A DNA stretch of 42,166 bases from NCBI GenBank assembly GCA_003220075.1, contig QHRJ01000042.1:4374-46539 (forward strand). The letters run 5' to 3'. Under the pieces are notes generated by a model that was not told the origin of the DNA, did no database searches, and worked only from the letters and a program-made list of their open reading frames with translations. A program made the translations under genes and the position numbers. Every line of letters starts with the position of its first letter. The first letter of the stretch is position 1. This stretch comes from Verrucomicrobiota bacterium. GTDB taxonomy: Bacteria; Verrucomicrobiota; Verrucomicrobiia; Chthoniobacterales; UBA10450. Below are positions 1-7,478 of the stretch, piece after piece.

Positions 1-705
1 GAAACATCAGTTCTAGACCGCGCGGTGGCTATCGAGCCGAACGATGTCAATACGAGAGTCGCGCTTGCGGCCCTCCAATTCCATTGGAAAGCCGATACGG
101 AACCATTGCATCGAACAATCAATTCCATCCGAGCCACTAGTCCCGACAGCCTGCCGAATGTCGCCTACGACTGGATGAACTGCGCGTTAGCTGAGCGCGA
201 TGCCGCAGCGGCAAAGAATGCGTTGAATACATTCGGGAACATTCCCGTGAGCGATTATGATGTTCACTTAAATCGCCCGCTAATCGAAGGCGTTTTGGCC
301 CGCATGGCAAAAGACGAAGCCAAAGCCTGCGCCGCATTCACCGCAGCCCGCGCCGAGCAGGAGAAAATTGTCGGTGCTCAACCAGATTACGGGCCGCCGT
401 TGTGCGTGCTGGGTTTGATTGACGCCGGTCTTGGCCGGAAAGAGGACGCGTTGCACGAAGGGCGACGCGCGGTCGAACTTCTGCCTGTCGAAAAAGATGC
501 GATCATTGGTAAGCTCATGATTGAATACTTGGCGATGATCGCTGCGTGGGTCGGCGATAAAGATCTCGCCTGCGAACGATTGGCCATTGCGGTCCGTCCT
601 CCGAGCACCGTTAGTTATGGTCAATTAAAACTACTGCCGTTTTGGGATCCGCTGCGTGGCGACCCGCGCTTCGAAAAAATCGTCGCCTCCCTCGCGCCAA
701 AATAA
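1..705 (+). CDS. TPR-repeat protein, C-terminal part (gene starts upstream of the window)
   Basis: The frame of the 25..705 track ORF stays open back to base 1 (ETSVLDRAVAIEPNDVN...). It has TPR-like helical repeats. Its tail LLPFWDPLRGDPRFEKIV mirrors the tails of the cyclase-TPR proteins at 1619..6473 (DPIWDSIRNDPRFQELV). Confidence 0.6.
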   Translation, partial: ETSVLDRAVAIEPNDVNTRVALAALQFHWKADTEPLHRTINSIRATSPDSLPNVAYDWMNCALAERDAAAAKNALNTFGNIPVSDYDVHLNRPLIEGVLARMAKDEAKACAAFTAARAEQEKIVGAQPDYGPPLCVLGLIDAGLGRKEDALHEGRRAVELLPVEKDAIIGKLMIEYLAMIAAWVGDKDLACERLAIAVRPPSTVSYGQLKLLPFWDPLRGDPRFEKIVASLAPK

Positions 706-712
706 GTTTCAC

Positions 713-898
713 CACGGATTACACGGATAACGCAGATAGGGAAGCGATTCAGAAGGACTGGTAGGGCGCGCGACCCGGGCTTGTCCTGCTGTCCTGAGTG
801 AAGTCCAAGGAGGCGCGCCGAATAAAGCGTCGAAATTGTAGGGCCTCTGTGTCAGACGCCAGCCAAGAACTGATCCGTGACATCCGTGTCATCCGCGG
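713..898. repeat. MITE-like intergenic element bounded by inverted CACGGAT / ATCCGTG heptad arrays
   Basis: The left end is CACGGATtaCACGGATaacgc (713..733). The right end gATCCGTGacATCCGTGtcATCCGCGg (872..898) is its inverted counterpart. The GC-rich core contains ggtagggcgcgcgacccgggc. The 15-mer cggataacgcagata (724..738) recurs exactly at 22423..22437. Confidence 0.45.
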
Positions 899-1041
899 TT
901 TTCCCAACTTTCCGCGTAACACCCGGCCAAATCTCGCGCAGTACATCAGTGAACAGCCAGAAGTGACTTCTCATGGTGAGAAGCCAAAGAAGGCCAAAAC
1001 AACAAAAAGAAAAAGTTCCACATCAACAAAGGATATTAATT

Positions 1042-1476
1042 ATGCGACATAACAAAATTCTTTCTGCGGCAATCGTACTGTGCGTGATTGCCTTCTTCAC
1101 GATGGGCTCGGTGCCCTCCGCGTCGGCTTCCACGCCCATACCGGTTACCATCACTGCTACATTTGATTTTTCGAATTTTCCCAATGTATCGGGAACCTTT
1201 ACCACAACCGGGGCCCTTACAATTTCAGGGCCTGCTACAATGCACGTTGACCTTAATCCCTTTAATGGTGTAAGAGCTCATTGCGTGGTTACGTTGATAG
1301 CATCAAATGGAACCATCGTTATTGATCAGCAATGTCAATTTGCCACTTCCCCACCTAAGGGAAGGTGGGAGATTGTAGGTGGCACAGGTGCTTATGCGAA
1401 CCTTAACGGGAACGGGTCACTGCAGTATTTCGCAAGCAGCCGTCACGCTTCATCGCGTGGCGGCTTGTTGTTTTAA
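1042..1476 (+). CDS. small secreted protein of unknown function
   Basis: An ATG at 1042 inside the 973..1476 ORF gives MRHNKILSAAIVLCVIAFFTMGSVPSASA, a classical signal peptide. The mature part is Thr/Gly-rich and beta-type, with GRWEIVGGTGAYANLNGNG (a weak dirigent/AOC-barrel-like motif). Confidence 0.5.
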   Translation: MRHNKILSAAIVLCVIAFFTMGSVPSASASTPIPVTITATFDFSNFPNVSGTFTTTGALTISGPATMHVDLNPFNGVRAHCVVTLIASNGTIVIDQQCQFATSPPKGRWEIVGGTGAYANLNGNGSLQYFASSRHASSRGGLLF

Positions 1477-1618
1477 CCGTAGTGGCAGGCGTGCCGCCTC
1501 GACCGCAATAGTTACGACACAGCGGGAGAGATCGGCCGTCCCGATCGTCGGTTAAACTCTGACTACCACTGTCGCTGGCAGATTGATCACTGAATTCCGC
1601 GAAGAACTTCTTTCGTTT

Positions 1619-4063
1619 TCACGGTTTCTTTTCCGTAACGAGTTCCTGAAAGCGAGGATCGTTACGGATCGAATCCCAGATCGGGTCAAGGCGCAGAAGT
1701 GCCGGGACAATCTCGGTGGGTGCGGAGGTTTGCACCAGCCGTTTTAGAATGGGAATAGCATGGTCGGCGTCGCCCAACAAAGCGTAGATCTTAGCCATGG
1801 CCGCCTCTCTGCCGGGACCTTCAAATGGATCCTCGGAGCTGGGCTGCATGACCATGCCTTTTTGTCCTTCGGCCACAGCTGAGGCTGCGTCGCCCAGGCC
1901 TGCGTAGGCGACGCCCAAATTAGAATGCAGTTCCGCCGCCGGACCAGCATCTGGTGCTGCTTTCCCAAGTTCCCGTTGGAATTCCTGCGCTGCTTGTTGA
2001 TAGGCGGCTCTCGCGGCGGCCACGTTACCGGCGCGCTGCTGAGCCAGGCCAATATCAAGAAAAAGCCCCGCCTTCTCTCGGTCCGACTTGTCATTCAACC
2101 CTTTCCCCAGAATATCTACGACCTCGGCGTAACGCCTCTTAATCATAGCGTAGTAGCCGCGGGCCTCCACGTCAGTATGCGGATTCGCAACCATGGCTTC
2201 TGCCGCTTCGAGGTCTCCCATCGCCAAAAGATTAAATGTCTTGATCCCAATGCCCGATGCATTCGTCGGGTCGACGGTGAGGATGTGGTCCGCTATGACC
2301 AGCGCGTCCGAAAAATGGCGGACAGCCACATAGGTTAGCGCAAGAGCAGAAGCGAAGGTGATGTTACGCGGATCAAGTTCGACGGTGCGGCGCAGCGCCG
2401 CGATCGCTTCATCCCAATGCCCAAGTCGCCGTTGGATCAGGCCCATCGCCGCCAGGACGTCAACATTGTTAGGAAGGTTCTTCTCAGCTAGCTGGAACTC
2501 CGCTAACGCCCCGTTGAAATCACGCTCTCCGTAATAGCGGTAATAACCAAGAGCAAGATGAGTTTCCGGCAGGTTTGCGTCGAGCGCGAGCGCATGATCG
2601 AGGGAATCCTTGGCCGCCGCCAGCCGCGCCGGGCTTGGATCGAGTCCTAACCAGTAACTATTACTCTGCACACTGGAGAGACGTGCCCAAGCCAGTACAA
2701 AAGTGGGTTCCAACTTCACTGCCTCTTGATAGGAATGGATCGCACCGTCCACGGTAGGCTTATCAAACGGGGAGCCAGCTGCAAATGCGCGACCACGCAG
2801 ATAGGCATCGTAGGCGGCGGTATTGTTCGTCGGCTTGGCCTCTACCCGCGCTTTTTCCTGCGGACTCAACGTGGCGCCTACACCCGCCGCAATCTCCGTC
2901 GCCAACTCACCCTGCAAGGCAAGTGAATCGGCCATGGTGCGATCGTAGTCTTGAACCCAGATGTGGCGATCCGTTAACGCATCGATCAGTTGTACCGAAA
3001 CGCGAATATGGTTCCCAGACCGACGTACACTTCCCTCGATGACATTGCTGACACCGAGTTGCTGCGCAATTTCTTTGAGATTGCGGGTAATGCCAGTCTT
3101 ATACTGCATCACAGACGTGCGACTGATCACCTTCAGATCCTTGATCTTGGCCAGACTAGAGAGCAACTCTTCCTGAATTCCATCAGCAAAGAAAGCGTTC
3201 GCTTTTTCCTCACTCAGATTGTCCAGCGGAAGAACGGCAATGCTTTTGTCAGGAATGGATACAGCGATTGCGCTGGATTTCGGAGCCACCCGATGAGATA
3301 GAAGCCAGGTACCAGTAATTCCGGCAACTACCAGTAAGGGTATGCCGATTATCAGCGACCGTTTGCGTGTAGCGATCCTGGAAGCGCGATGATCGAGCGC
3401 GCTTTGTTCCTCCCGGGCGCGCTTTATTTTTTTTGGTAGCTCAGGATTGCCAACTTCATCATCGTAGAAGTTGACTACTTCAACGCGGACGCCGTGTTTA
3501 ACTTCGACAGCTCCTAGTTCATGCAGGTATGGTTGCCACTCCTCATACTGGCCCAGGTCATCCGCGACGCGCTTAGCGAGAAGGATGTGACCGGTATCAC
3601 CACAATCCATCACTCGCTGCGCCATGTTAATGCCAGCCCCAGCGACATTCGATCTATCATTCACATCGGTCACACCGCTGACTGGACCGCTGTTGATCCC
3701 CATCCGGAGTTGTAGGGCGAGCGCTCCCGCTTGCTGCCATTCTTCCCCGGCAAACGGGAGCGCCTGCCCTACAGCTTTGCTGATTTCGATGGCGCATTTC
3801 ACCGGGGCGTCGGGACTGGTAAAGAAAGCCAGCGCCATCCCGTCACCGGTCGGCAAACGCACCAGTTTATCAGCCGCTTCGGCACGACGGAATTGTTCCG
3901 TGGCACGAACTATTTGATTCAATTGCTGGAGTAACTCGCTCTGCCGATTAATCGGCAAGTTGGAGTATCGCACGATGTCGACAAACAAGACATGCGCGAT
4001 CTCAAGCTGACGATCTGGTTTATCTTCGGAAGACATGCGAATCGCGCCTGAAGGGTCTAGCAT
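1619..4063 (-). CDS. class III adenylate/guanylate cyclase fused to a TM helix, a TolB-N-like periplasmic module and TPR repeats (paralogue 1)
   Basis: Cyclase motifs are LEIAHVLFVDIVRYS, GDGMALAFF, RMGINSGPV and NVAGAGINMAQRV. There is one TM helix (LIIGIPLLVVAGITGTWLL), then IAVLPLDNLSEEKANAFFADGIQEELL, then TPR repeats. The likely true start is ATG 4036 (MSSEDKPDRQLEIAHV). Confidence 0.85.
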   Translation of the reverse strand: MLDPSGAIRMSSEDKPDRQLEIAHVLFVDIVRYSNLPINRQSELLQQLNQIVRATEQFRRAEAADKLVRLPTGDGMALAFFTSPDAPVKCAIEISKAVGQALPFAGEEWQQAGALALQLRMGINSGPVSGVTDVNDRSNVAGAGINMAQRVMDCGDTGHILLAKRVADDLGQYEEWQPYLHELGAVEVKHGVRVEVVNFYDDEVGNPELPKKIKRAREEQSALDHRASRIATRKRSLIIGIPLLVVAGITGTWLLSHRVAPKSSAIAVSIPDKSIAVLPLDNLSEEKANAFFADGIQEELLSSLAKIKDLKVISRTSVMQYKTGITRNLKEIAQQLGVSNVIEGSVRRSGNHIRVSVQLIDALTDRHIWVQDYDRTMADSLALQGELATEIAAGVGATLSPQEKARVEAKPTNNTAAYDAYLRGRAFAAGSPFDKPTVDGAIHSYQEAVKLEPTFVLAWARLSSVQSNSYWLGLDPSPARLAAAKDSLDHALALDANLPETHLALGYYRYYGERDFNGALAEFQLAEKNLPNNVDVLAAMGLIQRRLGHWDEAIAALRRTVELDPRNITFASALALTYVAVRHFSDALVIADHILTVDPTNASGIGIKTFNLLAMGDLEAAEAMVANPHTDVEARGYYAMIKRRYAEVVDILGKGLNDKSDREKAGLFLDIGLAQQRAGNVAAARAAYQQAAQEFQRELGKAAPDAGPAAELHSNLGVAYAGLGDAASAVAEGQKGMVMQPSSEDPFEGPGREAAMAKIYALLGDADHAIPILKRLVQTSAPTEIVPALLRLDPIWDSIRNDPRFQELVTEKKP
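3711..3773. repeat. 63-nt two-armed palindromic element lying inside the cyclase paralogue 1 coding sequence
   Basis: The sequence is tgtagggcgagcgctcccgcttgc ... ggcaaacgggagcgcctgccctaca. Its reverse complement matches 7287..7349 at 55 of 63 positions without gaps (hand alignment). Confidence 0.75.
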
Positions 4064-4121
4064 CTACTTTCCTAGCTGCGTTCGCCACCGTCGAGACGAA
4101 AGCGCCGCTTCGTTTTTTTAA

Positions 4122-6473
4122 TTACGGTTTCTTTTCCGCCACGAGTTCCTGAAAACGCGGATCATTGCGAATCGAATCCCAAATGGGATTTATGCGCATC
4201 AGCTCCGGTGTAATCTCTGTGGGTGAGGAAGTATGAAGCAGGTGCTTGAGAATGGGAATCGCTTCATCAGCATTCCCAAGTAAAGCGTAGATTTGTGCCA
4301 TTTGCTCCTGGCGCTCCGGGCCTTCAAACGGATCCTCGGAAGTCGGTTGCAACGCAATACCTTTTTTCCCTTCGGATATCGCGGAGTCTGCGTCGCCCAG
4401 TCCGGCGTAATCGACACCCAAAAGAGAATGCAGTTGTGCAGCAGGACCCGCATCCGCAGCGACGGTGCTCAACTCTTGTGTTATCTCCTGGACTCCTTGT
4501 TGATAGGTCACCTTTGACGCCGCCACATTGCCGGCGCGCTGCTGGGCCAGGCCAAGGTCGAGCAGAATCTCCTTCTTTTCATCGCCGCGTGCGTCCTTCA
4601 ACGCTTTCGAAAAAAGATCTGCCGCCTCAGCATAGCGGCGCTTGTTCAGAGCCTGGTGGGCGCGGAGATGCAAGCTTGCACCAGGATTCGCGACTACCAG
4701 GTCCGCAGCCTCCGGATTTCCCATTGCCCAAAGGGACCATGTTTTGAGGTTGACAGCCTGTGTATTCGGCGGTTCGACGGCAAGGATGTGGTCACATACG
4801 ACCAGGGCGTCGGAAAAACGCCGCGTGCTAATATAGCTAAACGCAAGAATAGAAGCGGACTCGATGTTACGGGGATCGAGTTCGACGACACGGCGCAGCA
4901 CCGCTATGGCTTCATCCCAATGGCCAAGGCGCCGCTGGATCAAGCCGATCGCCCTTAGCACCCCAACATCGTTAGGAAGACTTTTCTGCGCGAGCTGGAA
5001 TTCTGCGAGTGCTCCGTTAAAATCGCGCACTCCGTAGTGGCGGTAATAACCAAGCGCAAGATGCGTTTCGGGCAGGGTAGGCTGAAGCGCGACAGCATGA
5101 TCAGCGGCATCTTTAGCTGCCGCTAATCGGGCCGGAGTTGAGTCAATTCCAGTCCAGTAAACTGAACTCTGCGCACAAGAAAGATACGCCCAGGCCAAGG
5201 CAAAGCTGGGATCCAAAGTTACAGCCTCTTGAAATGAGCGGGCCGCGCTCTCCTGATTGGATTGATCTGTGGTTAAACCGGCCGCAAGCGCGCGCCCGCG
5301 CAGATAGGCGTCATAGGCAGCCGTATTTTTTGTTGGCCGAGCTTCCACCCGCGCCTTTTCCTGTGGACTCAGCGTCGCACCTACTTCGGCGGCAATCTCG
5401 GTGGCGAGCTCCCCCTGAAGAGCGAGCGAATCGGCCAGCGTGCGATCGTAGTTCTGCACCCAGATATGGCGATCGGTCAGCGCATCGATCAGTTGCACGG
5501 AAACGCGAATATGGTTTCCGGAGCGCCGCACACTGCCTTCCACTACGTTGCTTACTCCCAGTTGCTGCGCAATCTCTCGGAGATTACGCGTGATCCCACT
5601 CTTATACTGCATGACCGAAGTGCGGCTAATCACTTTCAGATCTTTGATCTTGGCCAGATTGGAGAGCAATTCTTCCTGGACGCCATCGGCGAAAAACGCG
5701 TTCTCTTTTTCTTCACTCAAGTTTTCCAAAGGAAGAACAGCGATGCTTTTGTCCGTTATAGTTGAGTTCGAGCGCGTCGGTCTCCGCGAAACAATCACGA
5801 ACGCGGCTACTATGGCGCCGAGCAAAAGCAGTGCGGTTGCCACGGCACCCCAGCGCAACCGAGCTCGATGCTTCTTAAGCATCTCAAACTTTTTCGGAAG
5901 CTGTGGATTGCCAAACTCGTCACCATAAAGGTTTGCCACGCCGACACGCAGGCCGTGTTTGACTTCACATGCGCCAAGGTCATGCAGCAACGGCCGCCAC
6001 GGATCGTATTGGTCGAGATCTTCGGCGACACGTTGCGAAAGCAGGATATGACCAGCATCGCCGCAATCCATCACGCGTTGTGCGACATTGATCCCGGCGC
6101 CGGCGACATTGGCCCGTCCCGTCACGTCAACAAGTCCGCTGATGGGACCGCTGTGTACGCCCATCCGCAATTGCAGTTTGGGGTGGTTCTTGAGCGCGCG
6201 GCTGATTTCCGTCGCACACTGCACTGGCCCTTCCGAGCTGGTGTAAAAAACCAGCGCCATGCCGTCGCCCGCCGGAATCTTTACTAACTTATCGGCCGCT
6301 TCGGCCTTCTGAAATTGTTCCGAGCCGCGAACGACTGAAGTCAGTTCATCCACCGCCGCACGCTGGTCATTTATCGAGAGCTTGGAGTAACCCACGATGT
6401 CGATAAAGAGGACATGCGCGATCTCCAGCGAGACCTCTTTTTTGACTTCGGTTGTCATTGCTGCCGACACCAT
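4122..6473 (-). CDS. class III adenylate/guanylate cyclase / TolB-N-like / TPR protein (paralogue 2)
   Basis: It has the same architecture as 1619..4063: LEIAHVLFIDIVGYS, GDGMALVFY, RMGVHSGPI, a TM helix, IAVLPLENLSEEKENAFFADGVQEELL, TPR repeats and the tail DPRFQELVAEKKP. The likely start is ATG 6458. Confidence 0.85.
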   Translation of the reverse strand: MVSAAMTTEVKKEVSLEIAHVLFIDIVGYSKLSINDQRAAVDELTSVVRGSEQFQKAEAADKLVKIPAGDGMALVFYTSSEGPVQCATEISRALKNHPKLQLRMGVHSGPISGLVDVTGRANVAGAGINVAQRVMDCGDAGHILLSQRVAEDLDQYDPWRPLLHDLGACEVKHGLRVGVANLYGDEFGNPQLPKKFEMLKKHRARLRWGAVATALLLLGAIVAAFVIVSRRPTRSNSTITDKSIAVLPLENLSEEKENAFFADGVQEELLSNLAKIKDLKVISRTSVMQYKSGITRNLREIAQQLGVSNVVEGSVRRSGNHIRVSVQLIDALTDRHIWVQNYDRTLADSLALQGELATEIAAEVGATLSPQEKARVEARPTKNTAAYDAYLRGRALAAGLTTDQSNQESAARSFQEAVTLDPSFALAWAYLSCAQSSVYWTGIDSTPARLAAAKDAADHAVALQPTLPETHLALGYYRHYGVRDFNGALAEFQLAQKSLPNDVGVLRAIGLIQRRLGHWDEAIAVLRRVVELDPRNIESASILAFSYISTRRFSDALVVCDHILAVEPPNTQAVNLKTWSLWAMGNPEAADLVVANPGASLHLRAHQALNKRRYAEAADLFSKALKDARGDEKKEILLDLGLAQQRAGNVAASKVTYQQGVQEITQELSTVAADAGPAAQLHSLLGVDYAGLGDADSAISEGKKGIALQPTSEDPFEGPERQEQMAQIYALLGNADEAIPILKHLLHTSSPTEITPELMRINPIWDSIRNDPRFQELVAEKKP

Positions 6474-6569
6474 TCCCGTTTTGCCGGCAAAAATCGAGTT
6501 TTAACGAAGAAAGAGAAAAGGCGCACCGTTCTTGCGAACGATGCGCCTCTCTTAGAAAGAAGAAGTTTA

Positions 6570-6885
6570 TCATGGCGAGATAAGCCATCATGGGTGAGTT
6601 TTTCAGGAAGCTGTGAAAGGCTTCCATCATCTCAACGACGACGACGTTTTGGCAGGTGTCGATGAACTGATGGTAGGTCTCGGCGGCGTCGGCCCAGCTC
6701 CAGGTATCGGTAAAGGCGTGGAATTGTGCCTGGCTTACTTCGCCGCTGGTTTCGCGAAAGAGGACGTTGTAATCGGCATTGGAATTAAACGGCGGGTCAA
6801 GATAAACGAGATCGACGCTGGCGTTCGGGAACTCCGTGGTGTTCCGAAGCCATCCGAGATTATCGCCGAAATACAACCGGTTCAT
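6570..6885 (-). pseudogene. 5' fragment (about 105 codons) of a beta-class N6/N4 DNA methyltransferase
   Basis: The sequence MNRLYFGDNLGWLRNTTEFPNASVDLVYLDPPFNSNADYNVLF...AQFHAFTDTWSW...MMAYLAMI contains DPPF (motif IV). The AdoMet-binding half of the enzyme is absent. The rest of the 6367..6885 track ORF is read-through into the region upstream of the cyclase. Confidence 0.7.
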
Positions 6886-7037
6886 TCAACAGCTAGAGAT
6901 TCCTCGACTTCGCTCGGAATGACAACTGGGTGCAGCGTCACGCTGCTCGCCGAAGTAAAGCCGGTTCATTCAATAACTATAGATTCCCATTCGACTGCGT
7001 TCAGGGCAAGCTCTCGACTTCGCTCGGACTGACAAAC
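6863..7037. repeat. tandem duplication of the methyltransferase start codon region plus upstream motif
   Basis: Copy A (6863..6903) and copy B (6947..6987) match at 35 of 41 nt and both encode MNRLYFG on the minus strand. Each copy is followed by ctcgacttcgctcgg (6903..6917 and 7013..7027). Copy B carries a 25-nt insertion. Confidence 0.65.
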
Positions 7038-7171
7038 CGAATGGATTACGTCGGGTCGTCCACGAAGAGGACGTGAGCAATTTCCAGATCAAAGTCCGAT
7101 AGTGAGTCGGCGGCCATTCAATATAACGCAGAATTGCAATCGCGGAGGCGATGGTCAATGCTGTAGCTTTC

Positions 7172-7277
7172 TGTAGCGGGGGTCGCTGGTAGATCGGCCG
7201 CTCCCGCGGGCGATGCTAAATTAATATCGAGCAAGGGCTACTCTGTACACGCGCCGAGGTCAGCGACCCCGGTTACA
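7172..7277. repeat. about 105-nt intergenic element with terminal inverted repeats
   Basis: The left arm is tgtagcgggggtcgctg (7172..7188). The right arm cagcgaccccggttaca (7261..7277) matches it at 15 of 17 nt as a reverse complement. Confidence 0.5.
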
Positions 7278-7285
7278 ACAGCAGA

Positions 7286-7350
7286 TTGCAGGGCAGACGC
7301 TCCCGTCTGCCGGGGCAAAATGGTGGCAAGCGGGAGCGCTTGCCCTACAA
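7286..7350. repeat. 65-nt two-armed palindromic element, intergenic twin of 3711..3773
   Basis: The sequence is ttgcagGGCAGACGctccCGTCTGCCggggcaaaatggtGGCAAGCGggagCGCTTGCCctacaa. It has two 8-bp-stem hairpins flanked by TGYAGGG / CCCTACA ends. Confidence 0.75.
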
Positions 7351-7351
7351 T

Positions 7352-7478
7352 CTAAAACTTCTTCTTCAAGGAGACGTACCAGAATTGTCTTTTGATATCG
7401 AAGGTTTGTTCGTCGCAGCCGTTCTCAAACGTTCCGGCGCCAAAAGGAGGATCCAAATCGAACGCCGACAGCGTTATC
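7352..7478 (-). pseudogene. relic of the last 41 codons of a second TonB-dependent receptor
   Basis: The minus-strand translation is ITLSAFDLDPPFGAGTFENGCDEQTFDIKRQFWYVSLKKKF*. It matches the tail of the intact receptor (LTLGMQNVFDSNPPFAGGAFENGYDESLADIKGRFWYVQLKKRF*) at 25 of 41 positions. It starts immediately after the intact gene's stop codon. Confidence 0.65.

Noticed and set aside
973-1041. A Lys/Gln-rich N-terminal extension of the small secreted protein.
   Set aside because: The signal peptide starts at the internal ATG at 1042. The extension would bury it.
6367-6569. The C-terminal third of the 172-aa methyltransferase ORF.
   Set aside because: Methyltransferase homology ends at MMAYLAMI. 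The remainder reads through the upstream region and 5' end of the cyclase gene and looks like random sequence.
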